64,000 nucleotides of DNA from the human T2T-CHM13v2.0 reference genome, Homo sapiens (GCF_009914755.1 NC_060930.1), one strand, 5' to 3'; shown: positions 31,889 to 47,579, numbered from the stretch's first letter. The notes: generated by a model from the letters alone, not told the origin. Program-made: numbers and translations.

Positions 31889-34339
31889 AAAGGTAGCTAA
31901 GAACTTTCAACAGCCCCCACACCTACTCCCTGGCTCTGGTACAGTGGACAGCCTCCCAGGCTTGTCCCCCCTCCCAGTGACCTTGACCCCTCTCATCTTT
32001 TAAGACCTCGCTCCCGCAGTTTCCCCCTTTCCTTCCTAACTCGGTCATTTGCACCATTATACCAACAGGCTGTCTTAGCTCACATTAAGAAACCCTCTCT
32101 TGACCCTGGCCTCCACCTCATCTCTTGGTTTTCCCATGTGACGAGGTTGTCTACACACCTTCCCTCTTCCCAGTCTCCCTTGAAGTGACTCCAGCCAGGC
32201 TGTGTCCTCCCACTCTTCTGAAACCTTTCCTCAAGGCCTCCAGGACCTTCTGGCTGCTCAGTCTTCCATCCAACAGCATCCCACAGATGAAGCATTTTCT
32301 TCGCTTGGCTTGTCTTACGCTCTGTTCTCATCATATTGCTTCCTCACTGCCTGTTTTTCTCCAGAGCCTAGAACCATGCCTGGCACACAGTGGGCATCTA
32401 GACCCTTTGCTGAGTGGTGAAATTGAAGTGTGACAGGGTGCGTGGCTTCCCTGCTCAGGCTCCCTCAGTTCCCAAAGCTGTGCTCCTTCCTGGATCTCAT
32501 GTAGCACAAGGAGGCATACGTGGGTCGCACCACATGGCTTCTAGAGGAGTATGTGTGAATGTGTTCATGTTCATGTGGAAATAGGGAGGCGGCCCTGAGG
32601 TGGGAGGAGCCTTCCCAAGAGGAATCACCTGAGAGAGGAAGAAGAGCTGGGGAGGAACTGAGGAACTGGTTTGGCAGGTTCAGGAAGAAGTGAGTGAAGA
32701 AACTGGAAAAGTAGCCAGGATCAGAACCTGCAGCCGCAGGACCTAATTTGTTAGGACCTAAATTAGGGGTGATTGTGCAAGGCAGTGCAGCATGGAAGCC
32801 CCACTCCAGGACTTCCCTGGTGGCTAGGAAACATTGCTCCACCCCTCCCTCTTGTCAAAAGAGAAGGTGCACACACTTGGAGAGAAATGGGTATTTTTGT
32901 GCTTCTTTCTTGTTCCCTGTTGGGTAGGAGGGTTGGGGCTACCAGGCCCAGTGAAAACACAGCCCAGCCCTGCCTGTTCTGCCTCATCCTGAAGTGTAAG
33001 GAACTGCCCATTGTGCTGGGCCCTGTCACTGGCTCTGCCCGAGGCATATGTGGCACTGGGCCTGGCTTTTTAAGGTGCAAATTGTTTTCCTGGATTTCTT
33101 ATTTTTAAGGGAAAAAACTCAACTACAAAGACTCAGTGGCCAGTCCTGTGCTCAAGCCCTCTTGTTAGGGGAGCTGGCCTCCCTCTTTGGCCACAGCTCA
33201 GTGCAGGGAGGGGTGTGGAAAGTGCTGGGAAAGGGGGAGGACCCACCCTCCCCACAGATGGGTTTCTGGCTCTGACTGCGGGAAACCAAACTTTCTTGTA
33301 TTTTCTCTGGCTGGGTTGTGATGTGGGCATGGCGTTGGTGGGAGGTAGTGCATTTGCTGAGGGTGATGTGTTCTGAGTGTCCCCTCACTCCGTGGCTCTT
33401 TCATGTGGCCTGGACTTTTTGGTGAGGGAGCAGCAGTGGGAGGACAGGAGAGTCCTTTAGCGGGCTGATGTGTGTCTGCCAGTTGGCTTTGTCTTGGCTC
33501 GCAGCTTCTGTTTCAGACAGATGTTTTGATCCCCCTTTGCTTAGCAACCAGCTGCAGCCTTGCTCTGTCTTGGGAAAACCACTGTCTTTCTGAAGAGCTG
33601 CTTCAGCTCCAAAACTGATAACTCTGGAAGGAGCAGCCACCAGCCAGTCAGAACTGAGCTCCGAATTAACACATGAAGGAGACTTTGGCCTCTTGAGACC
33701 CTGAAATACAAGAAGATGGTTTCATGTCATGTCCAAGAATGTGGCCACAAATGCTACCTCAGTCTCGGGCTGTCTGCATTGTTAAATGACCTCATTATTT
33801 TTCTGACCTGTGGGCCGGGCTTCGTTGGCATTTCCTTAAGGCGTGTTATTGCGGAAAATATTATTCAAGAAAGAAGAGCATGTGGTTTGCTTGGTTACTG
33901 AGCTGGACTGGCTCTGGGTGACCAGAGCTCTCACGCAGAGCCGTGCACGGCTGCTCCCACTGAGACCAGCCTCTGCCTCGGGATGGTCTGACCCACGGAG
34001 CTCTGTTTTGGGACCCAGAATCCATGAGCCACATTTGCTGTGCTGTGGGACAAACCACAGTTTCCTTGGGAGCCTCTCAAGTGGTGGCTGTTTCTCTTCC
34101 ACACCCTTGGACCACTGGAGCTGGAGACGGGGAGTTCCCCAGCCTCCTCCAAGGATAAGCCTATTCCTTAAGCCTCCACAAGCCCCATCATTATTTATTT
34201 TTATCATAAGCCATGTTGTTCGAGTAGCATAGACAACTTTCTCAGGTTACCAGGGAAACAGGACTAGAAAGTCAACCCACGATCAAATTACCTTGCCGAA
34301 AGGGAACCAGCTCAGTTAACCCTTGACCCCACACGCCAT

Positions 34340-34964
34340 TGTCAGAGGCGTATGAACCAGAGCGACTCCATCTTGAATAGGGGCTGGGTAAAATGGATCT
34401 GAGACCTGCTGGGCTGCATTCCCAGGAGGTTAGGCATTCTTAGCCACAGGATGAGATAAGAGGTCAGCACAAGATACAGGTCATAAAGGCCTTACTGCTA
34501 AAACAGGTTGTGGTACAGAAGCCGGCCAAAACCCACCAAAACCAAGATGGCAATGAAAGTGACGTCTGGCCATACTCACTGCTCATTATATGCTAATTAT
34601 AATGTATTAGCATGCTAAGAGACACTCACACCAGCACCATGACAGTTTACAAATGCCATGGCAAAATCAGGAAGTTACCCTATATCCTCTAAAAAGGGGA
34701 AGAACCCTCAGTTCCTGGGAATTGCCTACCCCTTTCCCAGAAATGAATAATCCACCCCTTATTTAGCATATAATCCAGAAATAATCATAAAAATGGGCAA
34801 CCAGCAGCTCATACTGCTGCCCTGCCTATAGAGTAGCCATTCTTTTATTCCTTTACTTTCCTAATAAACTTGCTTTCACTTCATGGACTTGCTCTGAATT
34901 CTCTCTTGCATGAGATCTAAGAACTCTCTCTCGGGGTCTGGATCGGGACCCCTTTCCAGTAACA
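34340..34964 (+). mobile_element. MER41B-type ERV1 solo LTR (625 bp, complete)
   Basis: Starts tgtcagaggcgtatgaaccagagcgactccatcttgaatagggg and ends ggatcgggacccctttccagtaaca. 4-bp TSD ccat/ccac; AATAAA at 34863; retains the tandem-GAS segment typical of MER41B. Confidence 0.9.
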
Positions 34965-35270
34965 CCACGAGACTGCGTCCCTCACTGCCCCTCGTTTCGG
35001 CAGTTGCATGGTTCCTTGGTGAGTTTTCCCTCTTTCTCGCTGTCATTTCTCACTATGAGTCTGGCGCTTGTTCTTGGTGTCTTCAGTGGCCACGTCGTTG
35101 ATCCTTCGGAGGACCTTCGCCCCCTCTCCTCCAGTGAGTGACCCCACCCCTGCAGCCACTCGCTCCCATGCCACGCCCCTGACCCCTCCAGCATCTGTCT
35201 CAAACATCCCACTCTTCTTTCTCCACTTTCACCTTGTCACTCATCCTGCAATTCCCAGTCCCAGTGACTA

Positions 35271-35566
<296 letters not shown>

Positions 35567-36367
35567 CCCAGTGATCTTTGACCCCACTGGGATGGCGACC
35601 CTTAGAACCCATGGCCTTCTCATAGCCCCTTGTCTGTCTCACACCTTCCCTCTTTGCCATGTCAGTGACCAGCCCTGCCTTGCACTCACCCTCCCCACCC
35701 GCCCTTCTCTTGCTGGGTCCTCCCCACCTGGTGAAACCTCAGCCCTGGTTACATCCTGCACTCCACGCCTGCACCAGCCGCTGTGCAGTAGAAGTTTCTG
35801 GAGATGCCCCACTACCACACGGGCAGAGCGTACCATCAGGTCACAACCCCTGAGCCAAGGTGGGCCTTTCACTTGCGTTTCTGTGCTCTGTCCACTCCCC
35901 CACCCTCCCAGATGGCAACTCCACCCTCCCCTTTCCTCAGCTCTGCTGTGCCTCCTCCCCATCCTCACTTTCAGCTGATGGCCTCGTCCTCTCATTCCAC
36001 CCCAAAATTTGAAGCCACTGGAAGAGAATTCCCGCTGGCTCCCTGCACCACCACTACCCGCCCACCATGTCTGTCCCCCTTCCCACCTGCTCCCCGCAGT
36101 GCACTGTCTACGTTTCAGGCCAGTGCTACCTGTGTGCAGATGCCCATGGCCTGCTCCAGGGCATGGCTTTCGGAGCTCCCTGCTCCTGCCACATCCGTCC
36201 TGACCTCTCTCTTGGCTGCATTGGTCCTGACCTCTCTCTCAGCTGCATCAATCCTCGCCTCTCTCCTGGCTCATTTCTGCCAGCACAAAACTTGGTATAA
36301 ATGCCCCTGGCCTAAGGAAATCTTTTGACCCACTTTCCTCTCCAGCAGCCTCTCCATTTCTCTGCTT

Positions 36368-36460
36368 GCCACACGCACACATGCACATATGCACACGCAC
36401 ACACATGCGCACACACGTATGCACACACGCACGATCCATGCACACAATGCATGCACACAC
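36368..36460. repeat. Degenerate (CA)n/(CATG) low-complexity tract
   Basis: Alternating purine-pyrimidine run. Confidence 0.85.
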
Positions 36461-36632
36461 AGGAAATTCCTCAGAGAATCATCTGTTGCCACTGTGTCCA
36501 TTTTCTCTCTCCCTCCCCATTCAGGTTTTTGCCCCTCAACTTTACTGAAACTGTTCCTCTCTGAGCTGCCAAAGTCTGACTAAAGTGACAAATTCTCAGT
36601 CCTCAAATTATAGATGCAGAAGCAGCCTCTGA

Positions 36633-37456
<824 letters not shown>

Positions 37457-37780
37457 CCATGATTGTAAATAACTCTGTCTGCTGGGACGCCTGGGGGATC
37501 TTTCCAACCAGATTTCTCTGCTGGACTCCAGACTTGCAGAGCTCTGTCGTCAGCCTCCACGCAGGGCTGCAACAGAGCCACGGCATGTCTGGTCCCAGCA
37601 GATGCTCTGCCCAGACCTGTCCTCTCACTCTTTGCTGTCACGCCAGGGCCACTCCATCCCTTCCATTGTTCAGGCAATGAACATGGCATCATCCTTGAAC
37701 CCTGTCTTTCTCTCATATCCCATAACCAATCTGTCCATGGTTCCACCTTCAAAATATACCCAGATATGTGATGATGTTGA

Positions 37781-38507
<727 letters not shown>

Positions 38508-40119
38508 TGAAATATTTACAGATGAAATAATGTGATGCCTGGAATTTACTCACAATAACCTAGGGCAGTGCTTCTCAAGCTTTGGCATGCATTCAAGTCC
38601 CCTGGAGGGCTCATTAAAACAGCTTTCTAGGTCTTGAGCCCAGAGCTTCTGATTCACAAGGCCTGGGGTGGGCCCCGTAACTTGTATTTCTAATGCTTGG
38701 TGCTGCTGGTGTGAGGAGCCCATTTTGAGTTGAGCTGATCTAAGGTATAGGAGAGTGAGTAGCCTGGGCGTGGGCTGGGAGAAGGTGGAGTTGGTGGGTA
38801 CGTGGTAATGAAGGTACAAGGGTTTATTATGTCACCCTACTTTTCTTTGGAAAGTTCCGCAACTAAAAAGCACGTGTGTATGTGTGTCTGTCTGTCTGTC
38901 TGTCTCCAGAACTCTTCAGCTCTTCCATTGCTGCGCCCTGGCTCAGGCTAGAGTCCTCTCTTGCCCAGGTGGCGCTAGCACCTCCTAACTGGTCTCCTTC
39001 CTTCTCTCCTTGTTCCTCTAGAGTCAGTTCTCAACAGAGCAGCCAGGATGATCCCCAGACCCCTGCAGTGGCATTCAGAGTGACACCCAAAACCTTTCTG
39101 TGACCTCAAACTTCTGTGCAGTGTGTTCCCCACGCCACTTCCTCCATGAACCTTCAGTCACACTGCCCGCCTCGCTGGGGCTTGCACTGGTCAGGAGTGC
39201 TTCTGCCGCAGGACCTTTGCACGTGCCCTTCTGGGCCTACAGTGCTCCTCCACTCTCCATGCAGCCATCTCCCTGGCTTCCTTCAGGTCCGCATTCAGAT
39301 GTCACCCTTGCAATGAGGCCTTCTCAGACAACACCATCTAAAATGTCACTTCCCCTTCCCCACTATTCATACCCTACTCCCTGCTCACTTTTTCTGCTCC
39401 GCGCCTGTCACTGTCTATATTGCACTGATTGATCTTATCTATCCTGGCAGGAAGCTTGAGCAGCGCCCGCCTCTTCCTGGCTGTGCCTCGGCAGTGCCCC
39501 CACCCCAGCCTCCCACCCCATCTTGGTCTGCACCCCCTGCCATCACTCATCCATTCATTCCTCCTGTTCCTCTTGGCCACTGCCAAATGCTGGATGGTTT
39601 CCATCTGTTTGGTTCACTGCAGTGTCTCTGTCCCTGGAAGGGTGCCAGCCACAGAAGGCACGAAGATGTGTCCACAGAGCCGGCGGCTAAAAATCTGGCA
39701 AGAGGAGTCGAGGAAGGGGGCTGAGGAGGTAGAAGGGAGGGCTTTCCTCAAAAGGCCAGAAATTCGTGGCAAGCCAAAGGGGAAGCAAAGACATTCTCGT
39801 GTAGGAAAACTTACAGGAAATGCAACTAAAAGCGTGGGAGACAGGAAGTCTGTGTATTTCTGAGATTATCAAGAAAGGGGGGATGGAAGTTGCAAATGGG
39901 CAGGCCAAATTCAGTCTGCAGAGGTGTGCTTCCAGCCCACGCAGTGCTTAAAATAAATGGAGATGGTTGCCAGCACTGGAAGGTCTGGAGTGCCCTGTCT
40001 CCTGGAAACACTGCAGCCTGGCAGCACTGGGCTGGTGAGCATGACTGGCACCTGCAGCAGCTGCCCACCAGCTAATGGCAGGTGTGTGTTCTCTGCTCAC
40101 CCAAAGCCCTTCCAGCAGC

Positions 40120-40408
40120 TTCATTTTGTTGTTGTTGTTTATTTGTTTTTGAGACAGGGTAGTGGTACAATCACAGCTCACTGCAGTCTTGACCTCCTGG
40201 GCTCAAGCAATCCTGCTATCTCAGCCTCCCAAGTAGCTGGGACCACAGGTTCCCACCACCATGCCTGGTTACTTTTTAAAAGAATTTTTGTAGGGATGGA
40301 GTCTCACTGTGTTGCCCAGGCTGGTCTTGAACTCCTGGGCTGAAGCAATCCTCCTGCCTTGGCCTCCCAAAGTGCTAGGATTACAGGTGCGAGCCACCAT
40401 GCCTGGCT
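40120..40408 (-). mobile_element. AluJ with an internal deletion (donor of the 38021-38348 copy)
   Basis: TSD agcttcattt at 40117 and 40409; junction gagacagggt|agtggt. Confidence 0.88.
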
Positions 40409-40777
40409 AGCTTCATTTGCTACCTTCCTGGTGTGTGTAGACATCTGTGTTGTCACCCCCATTTTGGAAAGCAAAAAGGATTTCTTCTTCCTTCAAACAT
40501 AATTGAGAAAATACAGTTGTTTGGGGGCAAGTAGGGTGCGGGGTGACTCTGGAACCGGCCTCCTGGGAAGCCAGGCCTCTGGGAGTGCTGGAGGTGGGCA
40601 GTGAGGCTGCCAGGCCCCTGCCTTCTGGGGTGGGGTGCATGCTCCTGATACATCAGAAGGGTCGGGGGAGGACTTGGAGGTGAAGGCACTGCAGGAAGAG
40701 AGGAAGCTTACTGGAGAGACGGTCAATGGGGCAGTCAGGCTTTAAAAGGACGGGCCCACCAAGTGAAAAGATGACCA

Positions 40778-41590
40778 AGTGTTTGGGCTGAATTGTGTCC
40801 TCCAAAAGGATATGTTGAAGCCTAACCCCCGGGACCTCAGAAGGGGATCTTATTTGGAGATAGGGTTGTTGCAGTTGTAACGCTGAGATGAGGTTATACT
40901 GGAGTAGGGTGGGCCCTTAATCCAGTGTGACTGCTGTTCTAAGAAGATGTACATGTGACAATGGAGGGACATGTGGGGAGAGGATGGCCACGTGATGATG
41001 GGGGGGACATGTTGGGAGAGGATGGCCACGTGACAACAGGGGGCTGTCAGGAGAGGATGGCCTCGTGACAACGGGGGAATGCCAAAAGAGGATGGCCTCG
41101 TGATGACAGGGGACACATGGGGAGAGGATGGCCTTGGGACGACAGGACATGTGGGGAGGGGATGGCCACGTGATGATGGGAGGACATGTGGGGAGAGAAT
41201 GGCCACATAATGGTGGGGGGACACATGGAGAGAGAATGGCCACATAATGGTGGGGCGACACGTGAGGAGAGGATGGCCACATGACAATTGGGGGACACCA
41301 CGCGGGGAGAGGATGACCACATAACAACGAGGGGACATATTGGGAGAGAATTGCCACGCGACGACGGAGGAAGGGACTGGAGTGAGGAAGTCATAAGCCA
41401 AGGAACGCCAAGGACAGAACAAGCAGCAAACACAAGACACAGGGCCAGGTAAGGAGGTCCCCGGCTCCAGGTATCAGAGGAGCCCTGCTGATGCCTGGAT
41501 TTCAGCTCTCTGGCCTCTGGACCCAGAAGAGAATGAAGTTCTGCTGCCTGGGGCCTCCCAGTTTGTTTACAGTGAGTCTGTTCATGGTGG
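40778..41590 (+). mobile_element. MLT1 LTR with an internal minisatellite
   Basis: MLT1 5' part (gggctgaattgtgtcctcc...cttatttggagataggg) and 3' part flank the repeat. Confidence 0.75.
40950..41368. repeat. G-rich minisatellite, ~11 copies of a ~36-38 bp unit
   Basis: Recurring ggggacatgtggggagaggatggccacgtgatgatg-like unit. Confidence 0.92.
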
Positions 41591-42444
41591 AGAAACATCT
41601 TCTCATGATGTTCCTGTCCACCATGGTCAAGGCCTGTTTTGAGCTCCTGCATTGTATAAGTCAGAGGTAAAGCTGTTTTTCTCAAGGGGTCAATAATTGA
41701 CAGTATTGGAATGGGACAAGGTGGTCCTGTTGGGTTTTGTTTGTTTGTTTTTAAAATATGAGGATAGAAAGTCGTGTTTTTACTTGTGCTTAATTTTCCC
41801 AGTGGCCGGGATGTGAAGTCCACGCCTGTCATCTGTAATGCACCAGGGCAAGGGGTCGGTTTTGTTTGCATAGCTTCTCCCAGGGTCATCTTCCCACCCC
41901 TCAAGTGTGGATTTGGCCACAACACTTTGTTTAGCAATTTCCTGTCATTTTGTTTTATTTGGTCAGGCTTATTTGCATAGTTGAATGAATGCACAAAGGC
42001 CTCCTTGTTTCGTGGTTCACAAAGTCAGAACTGGATCATACCAGGGCATACGGGTTCTGTTTCAAGGCTTTGTAAAGCTGCTAGGGTTGAAATAGGTATT
42101 TTTGGTGTCGGAATTATTTTATTGCATTTATCAGCTTATCTACTGAGATGGGGCACTGAGAACTGCTGATTTACCTCTCTGCAGCCCTGTCTGCAGTACC
42201 TGAAGGCTGGGGGAAGACATTTGGCAATGCACACAGCCTTTGTTTCTGCCTGTGAAGTTGGGGTTTCATAGGCCACCTCCCAGGAGGGCCCTGTAGGTGC
42301 ATGACAGAGTCCGAGTGTCTCACCAGTGGGTTTGTCATTGCACCCAAGCAGATGCTGGGGGAGAGGATGCCTCTTCCTTCTCCTCACCCTTCATCAGTGT
42401 GTGAGCAGAGGCAGGAGACCTGTGGGCTGAAAGGCCCACATCCT

Positions 42445-42892
42445 CCTTCCCAGGCTGTGAATGTGGCACTTACATGGCAGGAGGACTTTGCAGATGTGAT
42501 CAGGACCTTGAGAGGAGACATTATCCTGGATGATCTGGATGAGTCCATCGCACTCACAGGGTCCTTAAAAGCTGGAAGAGGGAGGCCAGGCAGGGAGAGG
42601 GAAGGAAATGTGAGGATGGAAGAGGGATCCGATTGCCGCGATTGCTGAATTTGAAGAGGAAGGAAGGAGCCGAGAGCCAAGGAATCCAGGCAGCCTCTGG
42701 GAGCTGCAAGAGACAAGGAAATGGATTCTGTCCTGCAGCCTTCGGAGCAGATGCAGACCTGCCGACACCTTCCTTTCAGCTCAGCGAAATCCATTTCAGA
42801 ATTTTGAGTGCAGAGCTGTAAGGTCATGAGTCTGTGCTGCTTAAGCCACTGTGTTTGTAGTCATTTGTTGCGGTAGTAAAGGAGACTAATAT
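42445..42892 (+). mobile_element. MLT1D-like LTR
   Basis: ttacatggcaggaggactttgcagatgtgat...ttaagccactgtgtttgtagtcatttgttgcggtagtaaaggagactaata. Confidence 0.75.
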
Positions 42893-43288
42893 GCTATTTT
42901 GCCACCATTCTGAGCTTTTGAGGCAGGCTGATGGAAAAGGTGGGACAGTGGCTTCCCAGTACTTTTCTAAGTGATCCTGAGAACCTAATATCCCAGGCAC
43001 TTCATATTCTGTAACTCTCCACCCTGCTGCCAGCAGAGTCTGCTTAGTCCTCAAGACAAGGGGCTTCTGCTGCTCGCAGAGGTTGATGATTTCATTGATT
43101 ATCTTTAAGTTACTCTGCACTCTCCCTTCCCCAGAGAAAACCCAGTCAAATTCAAGTGAGCATTGGGGAAAATATTCATTCATTAAACTGGTTCTTAACC
43201 TTTTTGGGGGCACCGACCTCTTGAGATTCTGTTGAAAATGGGATTTTAGCCCCCATAAAAATACATATCAAAAATTTGCATAAATTTT

Positions 43289-43575
43289 GGCCAGGCACAG
43301 TGGCTCATGCCTGTAATCTCAGCACTTTGGAAGGCTGAGACGGGCAGATCACTTGAGGTTGGGAGTTCAAGACCAGCCTGGCAACATGGCGAAATGCCGT
43401 CCCTACTAAAACTACAAAAAATAGCTGGGTATGGTGGCGCATGCCTGTAATCCCAGCTGCTTGAGTGGCTGAGGTGGAAGAATAGCTTGAAGCCAGGAGG
43501 TGGAGGTTACAGTGAGCTGAGATTGCACCATTGTACTCCAGCCTGGGCAACACAGCGAGACTGTCAAAAAAAAAA
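43289..43575 (+). mobile_element. Alu (sense)
   Basis: Full Alu with TSD aaaatttgcataaatttt / aaaattgcatacaatttt. Confidence 0.92.
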
Positions 43576-43770
43576 TTGCATACAATTTTGAGAACAATTT
43601 TGTATACAGATTCCCCCAGGAGCTACCCCTTGAAGCTCCAATGGCTGCCAGGGGCTTCCTCTGTCACCCCAGGTGAAGAGCCCTTGTACAGATTAATTCA
43701 CATTAAGGCTGATGAATGGCTGTTTTCCTAGTAAGTCTCCTCGCTGTTTGCCAGGTCCTTAAACCATGTT

Positions 43771-44721
43771 CAGTGGATCCTCATTATTTGTGGATTCCAT
43801 ATTTGTAAATTCATCTGCTCTCTAAAATTTGTTTGTCACCCCAAGATCAGAACTCATAGACACCAGCAGAGTGGCAAAAATGTGTTACCCGATGAGCCTT
43901 TTCCCAGCTGAAAAGGATGCTCTGCCATCTTGTTTCAGCCTCTTGGTGTAAACGAGTGTGGTTTTCATGATTTGTTTAGTGCCATGTTTTCCATGTTTTG
44001 TGCTTTTTCTTCGTGGTTTCACTGTTTGAAAGTGCTGTCTAGTGTTTCCAAGTGCAAGAAGGCAGTGATGTGCCTTATGGGGAAAATATGTGTGTTTGAT
44101 AAACTGTATTCAGGTTTGTGTTCTAGTGCCACTGGTTCAGTGTTAACCAATCAACACTGTACAGATGATTCCTGACTTACGATGGTTCCTTCCAGTATGA
44201 TTTTTCAACTTAACAACGGTGTGAAAGTGATATGCATTCAGTAGAAACCATCTTTCAAATACCCATGGGACCATTCTGTTTTTCACTTTCTGTTCAATAG
44301 TCTATACATTTCATAAGATATTCAACACTCTTTCAGAAAGTAGGCTTTGTATTTCATGATTTCGCCCAGCTGTAGGCTAACATGTGTTCTGGATAGGTGG
44401 AAGGCAAGCTGAGACATACCTCTATGGTGTTTGGTAGGTTAGGTGTATTGAATGCATTGTCAACTTAGGATATTTTCAACCTATCCTGGGTTTATCAGGA
44501 CATGACCCCATTGTAAGTTGAGGACCATCTGTTTATTCAGTAAGGTGTCTTTTAAATAGAAAAACACATAAAACAAGGTTAGTATTGATTGATTGACAAA
44601 AATGTTGCAACCTGAGGCTTTCAGGAACCTAACTCTGCATTTCCTTTAGGAGTGCTGCTTGCTTCAGTATCTGCTGGTAACTCTATGGAACATAGCTACT
44701 GTGAATAATGGGAATTGGGTG
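43771..44721. mobile_element. Tigger-family MITE (MER82-like) hosting a MER47A-like element
   Basis: Degenerate TIRs cagtggatcctcattatttgtgg / ctgtgaataatgggaattgggtg followed by TA. Confidence 0.65.
44162..44531. mobile_element. MER47A-like Tigger MITE
   Basis: TIRs cagatgattcctgacttacgatgg / ccattgtaagttgaggaccatctg, preceded by TA. Confidence 0.75.
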
Positions 44722-46029
44722 TATTTTCGAGTTGTTGGCCTCTCCAGCTACGCTGGTAATCAGTCCTGCTCTTTAAATCGCATCTTACCATCAGTCCTGC
44801 CTAGAGAAAGGGAGTAAGGGAGGTCTCTGGTCTTACGGTCTGTCCCGACTCTCTGCCCCACCAGCTATGTCCCGAGAACCAGCCTGGACAGAGCCATCTG
44901 ATTGGTGGGTGGTAGCAGGTCATGTTGTGAGGCCCTGGTGCCTGCCTTCTGTCCTCCTGTGCTCGCTAGAGGAGCACGAGGCAGGAGCAGCCAGTCCATG
45001 CTGGTTCCTGAGCGAGGCAGCTCTAGGGCTGCCAGCACCCACTCCTGGGGGGCTGAGGGTAGGAAGAGCTTCAGAGGGGAGGATGGGACTGTCTGACTAT
45101 ATTTCCAATCCCAGTTGGGACTTGTGGTCTGATGAGGACAAGTGCCTTTGAGGGGGATGGGGATGGTTGAGAGGAACCAGGAAATCAAATGTGTCCTGGA
45201 AAACGTGGCATGGTGGATCTTTTGAGTTGGGGTGTTGGGATGTGTGTCAGCTAAAACAAGGTTCACCTGCTTCAAATGTTCATCCAAGCTTTCTACACTT
45301 GCCTCTCTGAGTCAACATCTTTAGAGACAGCAGGAAGTGATGAAAGTCAGTTCACAGTCCATCTGCTCTGAGGGCTTGGTATGAGGGGCTGATGTTTTCT
45401 GTCATTTTCTCCTTTCTAACATTTCACTTTGGGATCTTAGTTCCTGGTTGAAATTCCTTAACTGTGGGAGTCGAGGCAGCCTAAGAATCCTTTTCGGCTG
45501 CTTAAGACAATGAGGTAGAGAGGGAACCAGCTGCCCCTTTTCTTACCTCCATGATGATGTAGAAATGGTTCCATCCAGCCCAAGGGTTCTTCTGGGGCCC
45601 AAAGCTCCTTAAGGGCTCTGTGCATAGGATTTGAGGATTAGTTTTCTTGGGTGGGGAGAAAAGTCCATCTTTATTTGTATAAATCCTACCTGAAATGCAG
45701 CATTTCCTCTAATTAGGAAGGCAGGCAACAAAACCAGTATGTTAGCTATGTCTGTGACTCTGTCACCAATGTGGGTTAGCCGTATCTCTGACCCTGTCAC
45801 CAATTGCAATTACAGATGTCTCCACATCACATTAGTGTTGTTTCAGATATCTTGAAGTAGCATTTGTTCCCATTACTAGTTTTAAATTAAGGTGGTTAAT
45901 AGACCCCACTGGATTTTGCGATTTAATATGCTGATAAGGCACATATATTGCTATACTGTAACATTTTTTAAAAATTTTGATAACTAGATTTCAATAAGAT
46001 TGGTATTTGTGATCATATTTATTTTCTTG

Positions 46030-46717
<688 letters not shown>

Positions 46718-47392
46718 TGAGAAGGGGTCTAAAGGCCTGCCCCGTCGTCACCAGAAGGGCCTGTGGCATCATTGGAGAGGTTAGGGCTCTCCCTAACCAT
46801 TAGGGCTCCCTGCGCCTAATGGTTCTTCCCTCTGTCAGTTTTGCATTAAAACTAGTACATGCCTTGGCTTGAGCATGGACAATCACTGCCAAAGACCCGG
46901 CAGGCAAGGCACGCAGCTTTCCTTGGGATGGGTTGGACCCAGGCCCTGGGCACTCAGAGGTACTCAGGCACCTCTGCCCAGTCTCCCCAAGTTACCACCT
47001 CCACAGGTGCCTTGGAGTGAGTGGGCATCTCCAGGATGTAGCCTCTAGTGGATGATACCCGTGGACAGGGACAGCAAGGTAGAGTAATAGGGCCAGGCCC
47101 CAGGTGCCTGCCCCCAGCTGGACGCCAGAACCCCAGGACCCCAGCTCCTCCAGCCCCCAGGAAGCTGTCAGCACTTCCAGAGAGCAAGCTGTTGGTGGGA
47201 AGGTCTGAATCCTTGCAGCTCTGTGATTCGCGAATCATAAAACCTCCACACTTGGTGTTTGTGGGCCGAGCTATTGTCTTTGTGTTTTCTTTTTGGAGTG
47301 GGTGGGAAGCCAGCTTGGCAAGCCGGGTGTGAATGAACAGGAATGAGCAGGAGACGCTCGCTGATGCCTTCTGTGATGTGTTTCTTCCCCAG

Positions 47393-47479
47393 CTCCAGAA
47401 GAAAAGGAAGTCATTAAAGGACAGTATGGCAAGCTCACGGACGCGTACGGCTGCCTGGGGGAGCTGAGGCTGAAATCTG
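47393..47479 (+). CDS. SYNJ2: Synaptojanin 2 coding exon 2 (87 nt)
   Basis: Acceptor tttcttccccag| and donor G|gtgagt. In frame with exon 1: [29 protein letters not shown]. Too short to appear in the ORF track. Confidence 0.96.
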
Positions 47480-47579
47480 GTGAGTAGCCGCTCGCTGGAG
47501 GAGCAGGCGCCAGGCTCCCCGGTGGGCAGGAGCCTCTGTGTCGGAAGGGGCCTCAGTGCAGGCATTCTGTTTGACCGCT

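Noticed and set aside
40850-41994. 196-315 aa minus-strand ORFs
   Set aside because: Produced by the stop-free minisatellite.
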